64,000 nt of DNA, taken from Eledone cirrhosa (taxonomy: Eukaryota). Each line of letters begins with the position of its first letter. The stretch's first letter is position 1. The stretch covers positions 35,836,001 to 35,900,000 of the forward strand of contig OZ024752.1 in assembly GCA_964016885.1 (NCBI GenBank). Direction: 5' to 3'. The translations under genes were made by a program, and so were the position numbers. Below, piece after piece: positions 47,926 to 63,080 of this stretch. The notes under the pieces are model-generated. The model made no database searches. It was given only the letters and a program-made list of their open reading frames with translations, and had not been told where the DNA came from.

Positions 47926-48549
47926 TGTTATCAAGAAATCCCAGTAGAAGGAAGACACAGTAGAGGTAGACCACGTAAAACATGGGCGGAGGTGGTGAGA
48001 ACAGACCTCAGATCGTTGAAGCTCACCGAGGAGATGACGAAGGACCGTAACAAGTGGAGAGATGCTGTGCTGAATAGGACCCGTCCAACCCTTTCAAGCA
48101 GGGAAAAGCGGATATAAAATGATAATGAAGATGATGATGATGATGATATATATATATATGTGTGTGTGTATATATATATATAAAGTAGAAAATTATTATT
48201 ATTATTAAAGGCAGTGGATTGGCAGTATCGGTAGAGAGTCGGACACTATGCTTTACAGCATAGAGTTATAGCCCTTTATGGTCTGAGTTCAAATTCTGCC
48301 GAGCTTAGTTTTGTCTTTCATCCTTACGGGGTCGATAAAATAAAGTACCAGTAATACACTGGCCTTGTGCCAAAAATAGAAACAATTATATATATATATA
48401 TATATATATAATTGTTTATATATATATATAATTGTTTCTACTTTTGGCACAAGGCCAGCAATTACCCAGTGCATTACTGGTACTTTATTTTATCGACCTC
48501 GTAAGGATGAAAGGCAAAGTTAACCTCGGCGGGATTTGTGTATTTATAG

Positions 48550-49020
48550 CATACCTCACCAAGACAATGTCACTGGACCGAGACCTTTGGCGGTACTCAG
48601 TAATAGAGAAGACCCGCCTTACCTAAATACAAAGTAAAACCTACTACAGTCAGTAGGCATCTCTAACAAAATACACCCCCGTCCCACCACCCCCACTCCA
48701 TCCACACCGCCCCTTTCAATGTAAAGTTATGTTGGTGCCACACCATCCAGGCCGAAACAAATGAGATCATGTAGGTGTCACGACAAAAAACACACAGTCC
48801 ACGCTGTAATGTGGCCGTGTAGGTAACACGGTAAAAACCTCCCAGCCCCACACTGTAAATGTGGTTGGTGTTAGGAAGGGCATCCAGCTGTAGAAAACCC
48901 GCCAGATAGTCCTATGCGAGCAAGATAACCACTCTTGCCTCAAGTGGGAAAACCCTCCGTCCAAACCCATGCAAGCATGGAACACGGACGTTAAACGATG
49001 ATGATGATGATGATGATGAT
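48550..49020 (+). mobile_element. 3' end of the RTE LINE family seen at 53163-55460
   Basis: Near identity to 54880-55460, ends in (GAT)n. Confidence 0.9.
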
Positions 49021-49071
49021 AATGGAAAAAAATCTATTAATAATAATTGTGAATAGAATTAATCAACTTAC

Positions 49072-49197
49072 CTGCAAAAGGTGGTCCTATTAATGTAGCA
49101 ATACCTTGAATCAATAGAGTCAATCCAAAGGAATTTGTCAAGTTTTCAAGACCCAGTAAATCAACAAGCACAACAGATGTTATTGATATAAATACAC
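49072..49197 (-). CDS. SLC16/MCT-family transporter, penultimate coding exon
   Basis: CAG..GTAAGT boundaries, 126 nt; GVFISITSVVLVDLLGLENLTNSFGLTLLIQGIATLIGPPFAG. Confidence 0.93.
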
Positions 49198-51140
49198 CTG
49201 GAAAAATAATGATATTAATAATATTAACTACATTACATCACGCAGTAATACAGAGTACCCGACCTCCCATGGGTACAAGCTGAAGCATATAGACAATATG
49301 CCCCCCACACCCTCCCACTGCAAGGTGGTCGTGGAGGTGCCACGGCAAAAAAGCACCCAGCCCACACTGTAAAGTGGACGTGTAGGCGCCACGGAAAAAA
49401 AGCACCCAGCACTCACTGTAAATGAGGTTGGTGTTAGGAAGGGCATCCAGCTGTAGAAATCAAGCCAAATCAGTTCCTGTATGAGCAAGGCATGGTCAGC
49501 CGACCAGACACTGCCCACAACAGGACAACCCGTCTAACCCATGCTAGCGTGGAAGAACGAACGTAAAACGGTGATGATGATGATGATGATGATGATAGAC
49601 AATACAGGTTTAAAAGTCAGCAATATACCTGGAAAAAAACAATAACGATTTCTAATTTAGACACAAGGGCAGCAAATTTGAGAGGAGGCTAAAGTTGATT
49701 AAATTAACCCCAGAATCTTAAATGATTCTGCCAACCCACTGCTCTAAATAAGGGTTTCTAAGTCAGGCTGAAGGTGAATCATTTTAGAGAGAGGGAAAAG
49801 TTTATTATATCAACCCCAGTACATGACTGGTACATTATTTTATTGAACATGGATTGGCAGTATCGGTAGACGGTCGGACGCCATGCTTTGACGTATCGAG
49901 TTACGGCCCTTGCCATTCTGAGTTCAAATCCCACCGAGGTTAACTTTGCCTTTCATCCTTACAGGGTTGATAGAATAAAGTACCAGTAATGCACTGGGTA
50001 ATTGCTGGCCTTGTGCCAAAAGTAGAAACAATTATGTAAAAATCTCCTCATTTTGCCTCATTTCTCCCCGTTTTGGGGCCCTTTTTTTCATGGTACTCCC
50101 CGTTTGGGTTTTTAGTGGTTGGCAGGTCTGCTTTCAATTACTGATAGCATCTGCAGGTCACATCTCCTGACAGAAGCCTCACAACATTTTGGGTGAGAAC
50201 AAACATGATTTGAAATAAGGATATACAGAGCCAGAAGTAATACCACAAAGAATTGGTTTTGACACTTTTAGTTAATTTTATGACATGGTACCAGTATCAG
50301 CCAAACTAACAGATTACAAAATAGATGCAGGCATGGCTGTGTGGTAAAGGAGTTCCTTTGCAACCATGTGGTTTCAGATTCAGTCCCACTGTGGGGCACC
50401 TTGGGGTAAATGTCTTCTGCTGCAGCCTTGTGTTGACCAATAAAAAACAATAAAAGAATAAAAGAAAATAACTAGAATAAGATGGTATAATGGTTTCTGA
50501 TTTAGACACAAGGCCAACAATTTTGGGTGAAGAGAAGTTGATTAAATCAACCTCAGTGCATTACTGGTACTTTATTTTATCGACCCTGTAAGGATGAAAG
50601 GCAAAGTTAACTTTGGTGGGATTTAAACTTAGAGAGCTTGAAATAATAATTGTTTCTACTTTTGGCACAAGGCCAGCAATTACCCAGTGCATTACTGGTA
50701 CTTTATTTTATCGACCCCGTAAGGATGAAAGGCGAAGTCAACCTCGGCAGAATTTTAACTCAGACCGTAAAGAGACGTGACTCTATGCTGCAAAGCATGG
50801 CGTCCGACCCTCAACCGATACTGCCAATCCACCGCCCTCCACTGCCGAGAGCTTGAAATAATGATGGTTTCTGATTTAAACACAGGGCCTAGAATTTGGG
50901 GGGGGGGGTTGAGTAAACCAACTGCAGTGCATTACTGGTACTTTATTTTATTAACTCTGTGAGGATGAAAGATAAAGCTAACTTTGACAAAATTTGAATT
51001 CAGAACATAAAGGGACGTAACCACATACTGCAAAGCATGTTGTCGGATGCTGTACCAATTCTGCCAATCCACCGCCCTTAGGCTAAAGATGATATAATAA
51101 AAAAGTAAAAAGCATAAAATAAAAAGTGATAGCGACTTAC

Positions 51141-52067
51141 CTGTAAATATTCCAAATATCACAGAATAGCAAACTTGCAAAGAATATATTTCAAGAAAAG
51201 GGAAGATTAAAGTAACAATTCCACAGATCACTAAGGAAGTAGCATATAATATAATCCGGTTTATTCGTGGGTTGTCAGAGAGGTAGCCAAATACAACACG
51301 ACCGAAGGTATTTGACACACCTATTACTGAAACAAGCATGGCAGCACTGTTAGCATTTAAATTCTTTTCTAAGGCATAGTCTGGTATATAAATGTAAGGC
51401 ACTATATATCCGACAGAGATGAAGAAGTTTGAGACAAGGAAGATAACGAAAATGGGATCTGTCAGTAGGACAGGGTTTAATGTCTGCTTAAATATATTCA
51501 TAGTTTCTTTCCAACAGCCCCCACTTGGCTGACCTTGTTCATGGAGGGAGAGAACACTCATTGAGATCACTGAGGCATGACTCTGGAAAACTGAAACATT
51601 TAATAAACTACTGGCAAGGCTAGACACTCTACGAGATCGTGCTCCTTCTGCGGAATAGTGAGAATACCGAGAACATGTACTCAACTTTCTCGTAGCTAAA
51701 TTCATATCACTTTTTGTTAAATTTTCTGTTTCCTCTGGATTAACAGTTAATTCTTTTCTTTTCTTTATATTTCCATTTTGGAATGTTTTTTCTGTATTAG
51801 CTGATATAGTTTCCTTTGGTATTTTGGTTTTGGGTAAAGGCTTGAATAAGGCTCCACACAAAATGCAGTTTAAAATAAGGCCTGCACTTATCAAGACAGC
51901 ACCTTTCCAACCGTAATAGTCCAATAGAAATTGAGATAAAGGAGCAAAGATAAATGTCCCAATGCCTGCTCCACAAACAGCTAATCCAGTCGCAAAAGAC
52001 CTTCTTTTTTCAAAGTAGAAGCCTACACATACAATGGCAGGAAGATAAATTAACCCCATACCAATAC
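51141..52067 (-). CDS. SLC16/MCT-family transporter (MCT12/14-like), large internal exon; upstream exons not found in window
   Basis: TTTCAG acceptor, GTAAGT donor, 927 nt; GLIYLPAIVCVGFYFEKRRSFATGLAVCGAGIG MCT signature, YYGWKGA, NTFGRVVFGYLSD. Confidence 0.95.
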
Positions 52068-52394
52068 CTGAAATTTAACAAAGAAAAGATGAAAGGGTTT
52101 TGGTGAAATAACAACATTGATATGGGGACAACAAAAAAATATTTCCTACACAAAACAAATAATTTTATAAGGATCATCAATGTTTGACTATGAAAAATAG
52201 TTTTATAAAATATTATACAGTATTGCCCTCCATCTTTGGAGTTTACATCCACAACTTGTAAGACTATATTCCATAGTCACAACAACGGTGATACATCTTT
52301 CAAATTCACAAAGTTCCTATCACTCAACAATTCTATAAATAGTCTTTAGAGAAGAAACCCCCACTCAAACAAGTTCACCCTTAACTTCTTGTGC

Positions 52395-52442
<48 letters not shown>

Positions 52443-52443
52443 G

Positions 52444-52514
<71 letters not shown>

Positions 52515-52762
52515 GTATGTATATATATATATATATATATATATAAATATATAAATATATATATATATGTATATATATGTATATATATATAGAGAGAGAT
52601 GAGATTCTACAGGACTAGAACTGTTTCATTCTTTAGAAATCATCAGGAATCTCCTGATGATTTCTAGTCCTGTAGAATCTCATCTATATTAAAACTTTTA
52701 TACTCTGCTATGTATTGAGTACCTTACTTACTGTGGTTACCTCCGATTCAACCCGGAATAAC

Positions 52763-52810
<48 letters not shown>

Positions 52811-52819
52811 ATATATGCA

Positions 52820-53138
52820 GAGGTTATATTTAATTTGTTGGGATTCAACAAGCTTAAACAGTTTTATAACTGATATAAAGCACTCAACAAGTTAGTGGAG
52901 TAAATATACAATATATTAATAAATGGAAACTATATTTATAAAACCATAATTATTTTATTATATATATTTCAAGGGCAACCAAGGTAAATTATGGTGCGCT
53001 TTCATCAGATAAAATAAAACAAATCTGTATTTTATCTGATGAAAGTGCACCATAATTTACCTTGGTTGCCCTTGAAATATATATAATAAAATAATTATGG
53101 TTTTATAAATATAGTTTCCATTTATTAATATATTGTAT
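52820..53138 (-). mobile_element. Fold-back PLE 3' end (family A), minus orientation, hammerhead motifs on both strands
   Basis: Arms 52905-53016 and 53028-53138; tail at 52820-52905. Confidence 0.85.
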
Positions 53139-53162
53139 ATATGTATATATATATATATATAT

Positions 53163-55460
53163 GATGGCGTACTCGCCATCACTGACGCTGATAAGAAGGT
53201 AGCTTGGAAGTGTCACTACGAGAGGCTACTAAATGAGGAGAATAAATGGGAGAAGGATAGTCTCCCCCAGATCGATCCAATAGAGGGACCAGCAGTGTTA
53301 GTTGAAGGTAGTATAATAAGTAAGGCGATCAAAGATATGAAGACGGGTAAGGCGGCTGGGCCTTCGGAAATAGTCGCTGAGATGTTGAAGGCCTCTGGAA
53401 CGGTGGGACACACCATGGTCACCCGGATAGTAAACCAAGTCATACAGAATGGGGTTGTTCCGAAGGACTGGCGTAGCAGCATCATCATTAACTGTTACAC
53501 GGGTAAAGGAGACGCCCTAGATAGGAGTAACTATAGAGGGATTAAATTAATCGACCAGGTCATGAAGGTCACGGAAAAAGTAATAGTGCAACTAATCAGA
53601 GAGAGAATCGATCTAGATGAAATGCAGTTCGGGTTTGTGTCAAGCAAAAGTACCACAGACGCTCTTTTCATTGTACGACAACTACAGGAGAAGTACCTAG
53701 CTAAAAGTAAACCCCTATACTTAGCCTTTGTCGACTTGGAGAAAGCCTTCGACAGAGTCCCCCGTTCCATTATCTGGTGGGCTCTTAGAAAACTAGGTGT
53801 TGACGAATGGCTTGTGAGAGCTATACAAGCCATGTATAAAGAAACAGTGAGCAAGGTTAGAATTAACAACGAATATAGTGAAGAGTTTAGCGTAAAAGTT
53901 GGTGTCCATCAGGGCTCTGTTCTTAGCCCCCTACTATTCATTATTGCTCTTCAGGCTATAACAGAGGAGTTCAAGACCGGCTGCCCATGGGAACTCCTAT
54001 ACCCAGATGACCTAACGCTCATAGCTGAATCAATGGCCGAGCTAGAGAAGAAATTCCAAACATGGAAGCACGGCCTAGAATCAAAAGGCCTTAAAATTAA
54101 CATGGCTAAGACTAAAGTTCTAGTTTGTAGGAAAGAAAATAAGGCGCCGGTCCCTTCCGGGAAATGGCCATGCTCAGTGTGTAGGAAAGGCGTAGGTAGA
54201 AACTCCATTTTATGTCCCAAATGCAAAGTATGGGTGCACAAAAGATGTAGTGGGATCACTGGTAAGCTAACTAAGAACACAGATTTTACATGTGGCCGGT
54301 GCTCTGCTGCAATAAGTAGCAGCAAGTGTCCATAAAATACTAGCTCTTTCAACTGCGCAGAGGGTTCTATAGAAATAGTGGACAGCTTCCGTTACCTGGG
54401 TGACAAAATCAACAGTGGGGGAGGGTGCTCCGAAAGTACAGTAGCTAGAGTCAGAACTGGATGGAAAAAGTTCAGAGAGCTTATACCACTATTAGCCGCT
54501 AAAGGGTTCTCCCTAAAAGTGAAAGGTAGGTTGTATGATGCCTGCATACGAACAGCAATGTTGCATGGCAGTGAGACCTGGGCATTGTGTGCAGAGGATA
54601 CACGCAGACTAGAGAGGAACGAAGCTTGCATGCTCCGCTGGATGTGTAATAGTAATATACGCGAACGGCAAAGCAGAAACGAACTAAGGAAAAAATTAGA
54701 AATAAGAGGGATCAGATGTTGTTTACTCGAGAGAAGGCTACGTTGGTATGGTCACGTGATGCACATGAAAGACGACAGCTGTATAACAAAGTGCAGGGCA
54801 ATAAAGATAGATGGTAGCCACGGAGTAGGCAGACCCAGAAAAACCTGGGACGAGCTGATAAATTCCGACCTCACACACTTACACCTCTCCAAGACAATGT
54901 CACTGGACCGAGACCTTTGGCGGTACTCAGTAACAGAGAAGACCCGCGTTACCTAAATACAAAGTAAAACCTACTACAGTCAGTAGGCATCTCTAACAAA
55001 ATACACCCCCGTCACACCACCCCCACCCCATCCACACCGCCCCTTTCAACGTAAAGTTATGTTGGTGCCACAAAATCCAGGCCGAAACAAATGAGATCGT
55101 GTAGGTGTCACGAAAAAAAAAAAACACACAGTCCACGCTGTGATGTGACCGTGTAGGCAACACGGTAAAAATGTCCCAGTCCCACACTGTAAATGTGGTT
55201 GGTGTTAGGAAGGGCATCCAGCTGTAGAAAACCTGCCAGACAGTCCACGCTGTAATGTGGCCGTGTAGGCAACACGGTAAAAACCTCCCAGCCCCACACT
55301 GTAAATGTGGTTGGTGTTAGGAAGGGCATCCAACTGTAGAAAACCCGCCAGACAGTCCTATGCGAGCAAGACAACCACTCTTGCCTCAAGTGGGAAAACT
55401 CCCGTCCAAACCCATGCAAGCATGGAACACGGACGTTAAACGATAATGATGATGATGATG
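53163..55460 (+). mobile_element. 5'-truncated RTE-clade LINE (RT with inserted PHD-like Cys finger), in the MCT intron
   Basis: KAAGPSEI, NYRGIKL, QFGF, AFVDLEKAFDRVPR, GVHQGSVLSPLLF, LLYPDDL; one in-frame TAA at 54333; MLHGSETW, RRLRWYGHV, GRPRKTW; (GAT)n tail. Confidence 0.95.
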
Positions 55461-55932
55461 GTATATATATATATATGAGTTTCAGAAGATCCCGTTAAGG
55501 GTGAAACTTTAATCTGTCATTTTGATAAATATTTGCTCTAGGGTTCTTATATATTTGATATATATTTATCCTTATTGAGCCCTCTTTGGATTTTAGTCTT
55601 CAAATTTATTATTATTACTATATATCATCATCATTTCATTTTACGTCCGCTTTTCCCTGCTTGCAAGGGTGGGACGGGAACTGATTCTGGCTTGATTTCT
55701 ACAGCTGGATGCCCTTCCTAACACCAACCTCATTTACAGTGAGTGCTGGGTGCTTTTTTGCCGTGGCACCTCGACGACCACTTTACAGTGGAATGATAGG
55801 GACCCCTGAGTAAACTGGAGCAATGTGAAATAAAGTGTCTTGCTCAAGGAAGCAACACATCACCCGGTCTGAGAATTGAACTCACAACCTTTCGATTGCA
55901 AGGCCAATGCTCTAACCACTAAGCCATGTGCC

Positions 55933-55983
<51 letters not shown>

Positions 55984-56058
55984 GTGTATATATATATATA
56001 TGTGTGTATATATATATATATATGTGTGTATATATATATATATGTGTGTATATATATA

Positions 56059-56157
<99 letters not shown>

Positions 56158-56321
56158 TTAGTGAAAGAATGAAGAATAACATGGTCATGAGAATAAGAAT
56201 AACAGCATGAGAATTCTCGCAAACTTGCTATCTAACTAAGGAAACCTCGCACATTAAAACTATCCATAGTACAGAGTACTCACAAACTCTAACTGGATTA
56301 CCTAAACCGATAACTTGTTCT

Positions 56322-56402
<81 letters not shown>

Positions 56403-57512
56403 GTAGATAAATCTACCAAGAGTTTACGGTAGTGTCCAATCCGTATGAAGAACTCAATGTATTCCGGATATCATGGAAAGAAGAGATGTAATGAAAATCC
56501 AATTTCGGTGAAAGATAAACGGTATACAGAGTCAAGATAAAATATTAAACAAATAATGAACAAACAATTCCTTATATTAAACAAAAAAAGTTCACTATTT
56601 AACGATCGTTTCTAGGGCATATATGTGCTATAATTGGTATGCATATTTAACAGATCTATGTACAAAATTATACAAAATTATACAAATTATCAAGATTAAA
56701 TATACATACCTAACTCATATATACGCCGTCTTCAGAAATAATGAAGTATATTTATTGATAATAACAACAATTCAAAATATCAGTTCAAAATTGACCAATG
56801 AAAACACAAAGGGTTAAAAAGCAGTTTGGTGTGTGTATATACATGTAAAACCCTACACACATTTTACAATAATGTGTGTATAATATGTATGTGCATACTA
56901 AAAAGATGGATGCAAATAAAAAATTTCAAGGTTAATATCTCTGTAAGCTTAATGCGCTGATAAGATACGCAATGATACTTATGTAGTCAAGCATATAAAT
57001 ATATTTTTTTCATACTCACACATATCAGTATAATCACACATACATGTGCGTATATATATAAATATACACATAACCACGAACACACAAACACACACACACC
57101 CCCCACTCACATTTATATATGTGGATATAAAATCATAAGCAAATAGAAATTAAGTCACTCACATAAACACACTGGTACACACATTTCAAGATCAAGATAC
57201 AGAAATTAGGTGGGAGGGGGGGGGAGGGGTCAGTATTAGGTTGTCAGACCAGACAGCCTAATATAAATGTATCTATAAATTATGAAAAATAAAAAAATAA
57301 AAACAATAAAATATATTACATAATATAATGTACATACGCATACAGATATACATACACATACGTACATGTACGCGCACATAGAGATATCTACACATACATA
57401 CATACACACATACCTATACTGTCCTACACACACATACATTTACACGAACATACACATACACATATAAAAAGATAAAAATACGGACACACACACGCGCAAC
57501 ACATACACACAT

Positions 57513-57557
<45 letters not shown>

Positions 57558-57667
57558 TATACACACACACACATAGACTCATATATATATACATACACAT
57601 ACATATACTTATACATAAACATATATATCCCACACTCATACCACCATGAAAACACATACAAACATCC

Positions 57668-57712
<45 letters not shown>

Positions 57713-57940
57713 AACATACACACACGTACACATATATGCATATATACATACACATATACACACATACACATATATATATATATATACACACACACATAAA
57801 ATACAGACATGCACATATATATATATATATATATATATATACATTTCATTACCCTTATATATACACATAGTATATATACATACACAACCTCACTTATACA
57901 CATATACACATAAGTTATATTACAATAATAATAAAGAATA

Positions 57941-57971
<31 letters not shown>

Positions 57972-58110
57972 TATACACACATATACACATATACATACAC
58001 ACACATACATATACATACATACATACACATACATACATACACCTAAATATAAACATATATAAATACACACATACGAATAAAGACATATATTCACACATAG
58101 ACACCTATAT

Positions 58111-58147
<37 letters not shown>

Positions 58148-58241
58148 TATCTATATACACACACATACACATACATACACATATATATATATATATACAC
58201 ATATATACACACGCACACACATACAGACACACATACACACT

Positions 58242-58276
<35 letters not shown>

Positions 58277-59966
58277 ATGTGAGTGTGCGCAAATACATAC
58301 ATATATATACACACACACATACAAACACACACAAACACATACATATGCATACATGCACACACACACACATATATCACATAGATACGAAGATAAACATATA
58401 AATAGAGAGACATACAAATATATACAGAACCCATATACACATACATGCAAACACGCATATACATATATACATATATACACACATATATATTCCTATATAC
58501 AAGCATACACATACGCACACATATATACATATACCTACACATATATATACCACACATTCACATACACGTACATATATAATACATATATATACATACATAT
58601 ACATACATATGTATGTACAATCATATATACACACTCAATCTTACATTCATATTTACATGCTCATATATGTATTTTTATATCTAGAAATAAATACCAAAAA
58701 AAACTATATAGACACCCATCTACCCATATATTCATACATATACACTTACAAAAACAGATGATAATAGTATGGGGGAAAGGGGGGGGTTTGGAGAAGGGGA
58801 TCAAAGTAAATATATGTTTCAAGAAACCTATAATATTTTCCATATCTTAATTCAATGTATGTTCTTACATATTTTCAATGCTAGGAAATACGAAATCTAT
58901 GCATCACAAAATAAAAAAGTATACCATTAATGATATGTCAACTAAACCAAAGATAGTCAACATATTGATTTCCAAGGTGTAAATTAGTTAGGTTTATAAT
59001 ATTTGAAGCAGAATTATGAAGTCAAACAGTAGTAGATTATTAATTACATTATAACTAAATTAAAGTTAATAATAGGGAAAAGAAACCCAAATAAAAATAA
59101 AATAAAGTATTACATCGGTAGTAGCATATAAATTATATGTAAACTAAGTTAAAAATTATATATTTATTTCAATAGTATATGTTAATTAGTATATGTTAAT
59201 TAGGTATACAATACATAAAGCAGATATTGTATTTCATCAATAGCATAATATAATTATATGCAAATAAAAATCAAAATTAATACGCATACACATACATATA
59301 CATACACATACACATACATATACATATACATACACATATATATATATATATATATACATATATATACACACGTACATACATATATAGTCACATAAATATA
59401 CATACAGATACACATACAATACACACATATACATATACATATAGATATACATATCTTTTCCAAAAAATTTGCACAGAATATATTAACTAGGTATATATCC
59501 AAAAACACCTCCCATTCTATGATTACATGAAATTCTGCAATTCGTCTGTACAAGGATACTAATTTTAAGCAAATTAAAATTAAAATTAAAGTTTTAGGTT
59601 GATTAAAGCTAAAACCAAATAATAAATATATTTCCAAAATGTATATTAATTAGGTCAATAATACTAAAAATTCTTTCTCCGTCATAGGATACATGATATT
59701 ATTTTGTTATATTTTATCTGTAAAAGAATTATAATAAAAAAAATTTTATAATAAAAGGTTAAACTAAATTAAAAAATTATAATAAAAGGTTAAAATAAGT
59801 TAAAATTAATCTATAAATTAAATTACTGAATATATATTAGTAATATTTAAAGGTTTTTCAAAATTAATGATTACATAATATTTTCTCATCTGTAATAAAA
59901 TATTAATTAAATTAAATTTATAGGTTAACTAACATTTAAATTAAATTAAATTCTAGAATAATGTTA

Positions 59967-61898
59967 TTAATTAGGTTTATAATATTTAAATGTTTTTTTT
60001 AGTTTATGATTACACGATATAATTAATTCCTGTCTTTTATTTAATAAGATATCCCTAGACTTCATTATTTCAAATAGTTCTTGGGAACATAATCTACATT
60101 CCTTTCTATTATTTTGATAAGGGGTGGCTCTTTTGAGCACACTCCAGGTCAAATCATATTTTATATTTTTATTTTTATAACTATTGATTTTTTCTGCTAG
60201 AGATGTTGTATTAGCCAGTGCGGCATTTTTAAAGCTATGTTTGTGGGTATTATACCTTGTCTTAAAATTGTTAGAGGTAGCTCCTATATATGAGCAAATA
60301 GAATCTTTAGTTTTAACATTACATTTATAGACTATGTTGTTAACAAGACAATTCCCTTTTAATGGGCAGTTTGTTTTGTTTCTACAGTTACATCCTTTCG
60401 TTAATTCTGTATTTGAGGAGATATTATTGTTAATTTGATGTACTGGTGGTATACTTATAGTTTTCTTACATTTATATGCATTATATGCACTTATATTTTG
60501 TTTTATGTTATTTGTTGTAGAATATGAGAATTTAACTGTAGACCTATTTAAGATTTGATGGTATTTGTGGTTTGGCGGGAAGTTTTTCTCAAGGATATAA
60601 AAAAATTTTTTAGCAATATTATCCTTAACTTGTAAATTAAAAGGAGCATTATACCAAGTAACTCGTCTATTACGGTTTCTATGTTGTTTATTATTTTTAT
60701 TATTTTTATATGTTGTATCATGATTTTTACTAGGAGGAATAATGTTAATGATCTCACCACAACTATTTTTAGTTATATTTGTAGATTTAGGTGTTTTATC
60801 TTTTTTATTAGGAGTTTTATTATTAATATTTATTATAGTCTTATGATGAGTAGTTTTTTGAGGGTTACTATACTTTATATTAGAAGATTTAGTATTTTGG
60901 GGTATACTGTGGGTGGCATTTAGGTGTGTACCTTTCATTTGGTGTTTGTTGGTAATATTATGCTGTATGTTTTCAGTATTTTTAGTAGAAGTTATATACT
61001 CTAATCTATTTTTGTGGCCACTTCTATCTAGAGCTTCATTATAAAAGGTCGCATTTTTATCAAATACATCTTGGTTAGAAGAAAGGTTAGAAATTCTAAG
61101 TGATATATTATATGCAAGGTTTTTAAGGATAGATTTAGGGTGATTAGATTGTGAGTGTATGTAATGTAAGTTTTGGTTAGGTTTATGGTAAGGTTGGTAT
61201 ATACCCGTAGCTAAATCTAAAGTTATATCTAGGAAATTTACTACTTTACTTGTTTTTTCAAAAGTAATATTAAGATTATAATAGTCCTTAAGGAAAGTTC
61301 TAATATGCTTTTTGTTTTTTTCGATTTCTGAAAGGCTAAGGTTGTTAGAAAGAAGAAGACAGTCATCACGATATAAACCACCTTTGAGGTGGGGAAAAGA
61401 GGCATTTATGTTGAAAAGGAGAAAGAGGCCCACAAGATCAGTAATTTGGGCAGAATCGCTTGAACCCATAGTAATATCAAAAAGATTACTATAAGTGTTT
61501 CTGGTCCAGTATTCATTCTGAAATTCAATAAGTGTTTGTCTAGCATGTGTAATAATGTTAATGTCATCCGAAGTTAAATTAGATCTATTTTTAGCAAATA
61601 TTAATGCTTTGTTCAGGAGTATGGGTGATATAGAAGAATAATAGTTATCTATATCAAACTGTAGGAAAGAAGCAGAAGATTTACACCTAATATTTTTAAA
61701 CCAATTAATTACCTGGGAGGTGTTTTCCCAGAGTGGTAAAATAACGTATTTTCTTATTTGTGGGATGACTCTATCTAAAATTTTTTTGCTAATTATTCCA
61801 ATATCTGATTTGGAGGGACATATAAGTCTAATAGAAGGATTAGAGTTAAAGTTAGATTTGTGATCTTTCAGGTTAAAGTGTGGACTTCTCAATGCCAA
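59967..61898 (-). CDS. PLE polyprotein, N-terminally truncated: reverse transcriptase + GIY-YIG endonuclease
   Basis: LKDHK, IRLICP, FLQFDIDNYYSSI, FDITMGSSDSAQITDLVG, GLYRDD, VNFLDITLDL, SNHP, GCNCRNKTNCPL, NIVYKC..YIGATSNNFKTRYNTHKHSF, CRLCSQE; 643 codons uninterrupted. Confidence 0.95.
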   Translation of the reverse strand: MALRSPHFNLKDHKSNFNSNPSIRLICPSKSDIGIISKKILDRVIPQIRKYVILPLWENTSQVINWFKNIRCKSSASFLQFDIDNYYSSISPILLNKALIFAKNRSNLTSDDINIITHARQTLIEFQNEYWTRNTYSNLFDITMGSSDSAQITDLVGLFLLFNINASFPHLKGGLYRDDCLLLSNNLSLSEIEKNKKHIRTFLKDYYNLNITFEKTSKVVNFLDITLDLATGIYQPYHKPNQNLHYIHSQSNHPKSILKNLAYNISLRISNLSSNQDVFDKNATFYNEALDRSGHKNRLEYITSTKNTENIQHNITNKHQMKGTHLNATHSIPQNTKSSNIKYSNPQKTTHHKTIININNKTPNKKDKTPKSTNITKNSCGEIINIIPPSKNHDTTYKNNKNNKQHRNRNRRVTWYNAPFNLQVKDNIAKKFFYILEKNFPPNHKYHQILNRSTVKFSYSTTNNIKQNISAYNAYKCKKTISIPPVHQINNNISSNTELTKGCNCRNKTNCPLKGNCLVNNIVYKCNVKTKDSICSYIGATSNNFKTRYNTHKHSFKNAALANTTSLAEKINSYKNKNIKYDLTWSVLKRATPYQNNRKECRLCSQELFEIMKSRDILLNKRQELIISCNHKLKKTFKYYKPN

Positions 61899-62109
61899 AG
61901 GTTCAGTTCTATCTTCAATATTTAGTTTTTTTACTATGTTGTGTGTTTTGTTGTTGATGTTGGTGAGTGACGCGTTATTAGATTTTTTATAACTTTTTCT
62001 GAGTTCTTTATATATGAACTCATTATATGTGTGTGTGTATATATATATATATGTGTATGTGTGTATATGTGTATGTATATATGCATATATGTGTACGTGT
62101 GTGTATGTT

Positions 62110-62154
<45 letters not shown>

Positions 62155-62264
62155 GGATGTTTGTATGTGTTTTCATGGTGGTATGAGTGTGGGATATATA
62201 TGTTTATGTATAAGTATATGTATGTGTATGTATATATATATGAGTCTATGTGTGTGTGTGTATA

Positions 62265-62309
<45 letters not shown>

Positions 62310-63080
62310 ATGTGTGTATGTGTTGCGCGTGTGTGTGTCCGTATTTTTATCTTTTTATATGTGTATGTGTATGTTCGTGTAAATGTATGTGTGTGTAGGA
62401 CAGTATAGGTATGTGTGTATGTATGTATGTGTAGATATCTCTATGTGCGCGTACATGTACGTATGTGTATGTATATCTGTATGCGTATGTACATTATATT
62501 ATGTAATATATTTTATTGTTTTTATTTTTTTATTTTTCATAATTTATAGATACATTTATATTAGGCTGTCTGGTCTGACAACCTAATACTGACCCCTCCC
62601 CCCCCCCTCCCACCTAATTTCTGTATCTTGATCTTGAAATGTGTGTACCAGTGTGTTTATGTGAGTGACTTAATTTCTATTTGCTTATGATTTTATATCC
62701 ACATATATAAATGTGAGTGGGGGGTGTGTGTGTGTTTGTGTGTTCGTGGTTATGTGTATATTTATATATATACGCACATGTATGTGTGATTATACTGATA
62801 TGTGTGAGTATGAAAAAAATATATTTATATGCTTGACTACATAAGTATCATTGCGTATCTTATCAGCGCATTAAGCTTACAGAGATATTAACCTTGAAAT
62901 TTTTTATTTGCATCCATCTTTTTAGTATGCACATACATATTATACACACATTATTGTAAAATGTGTGTAGGGTTTTACATGTATATACACACACCAAACT
63001 GCTTTTTAACCCTTTGTGTTTTCATTGGTCAATTTTGAACTGATATTTTGAATTGTTGTTATTATCAATAAATATACTTC

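Noticed and set aside
50932-51140. C-terminal part of the 375 aa ORF as coding
   Set aside because: Lies beyond the GTAAGT donor at 51140 and reads through intron and SINE sequence
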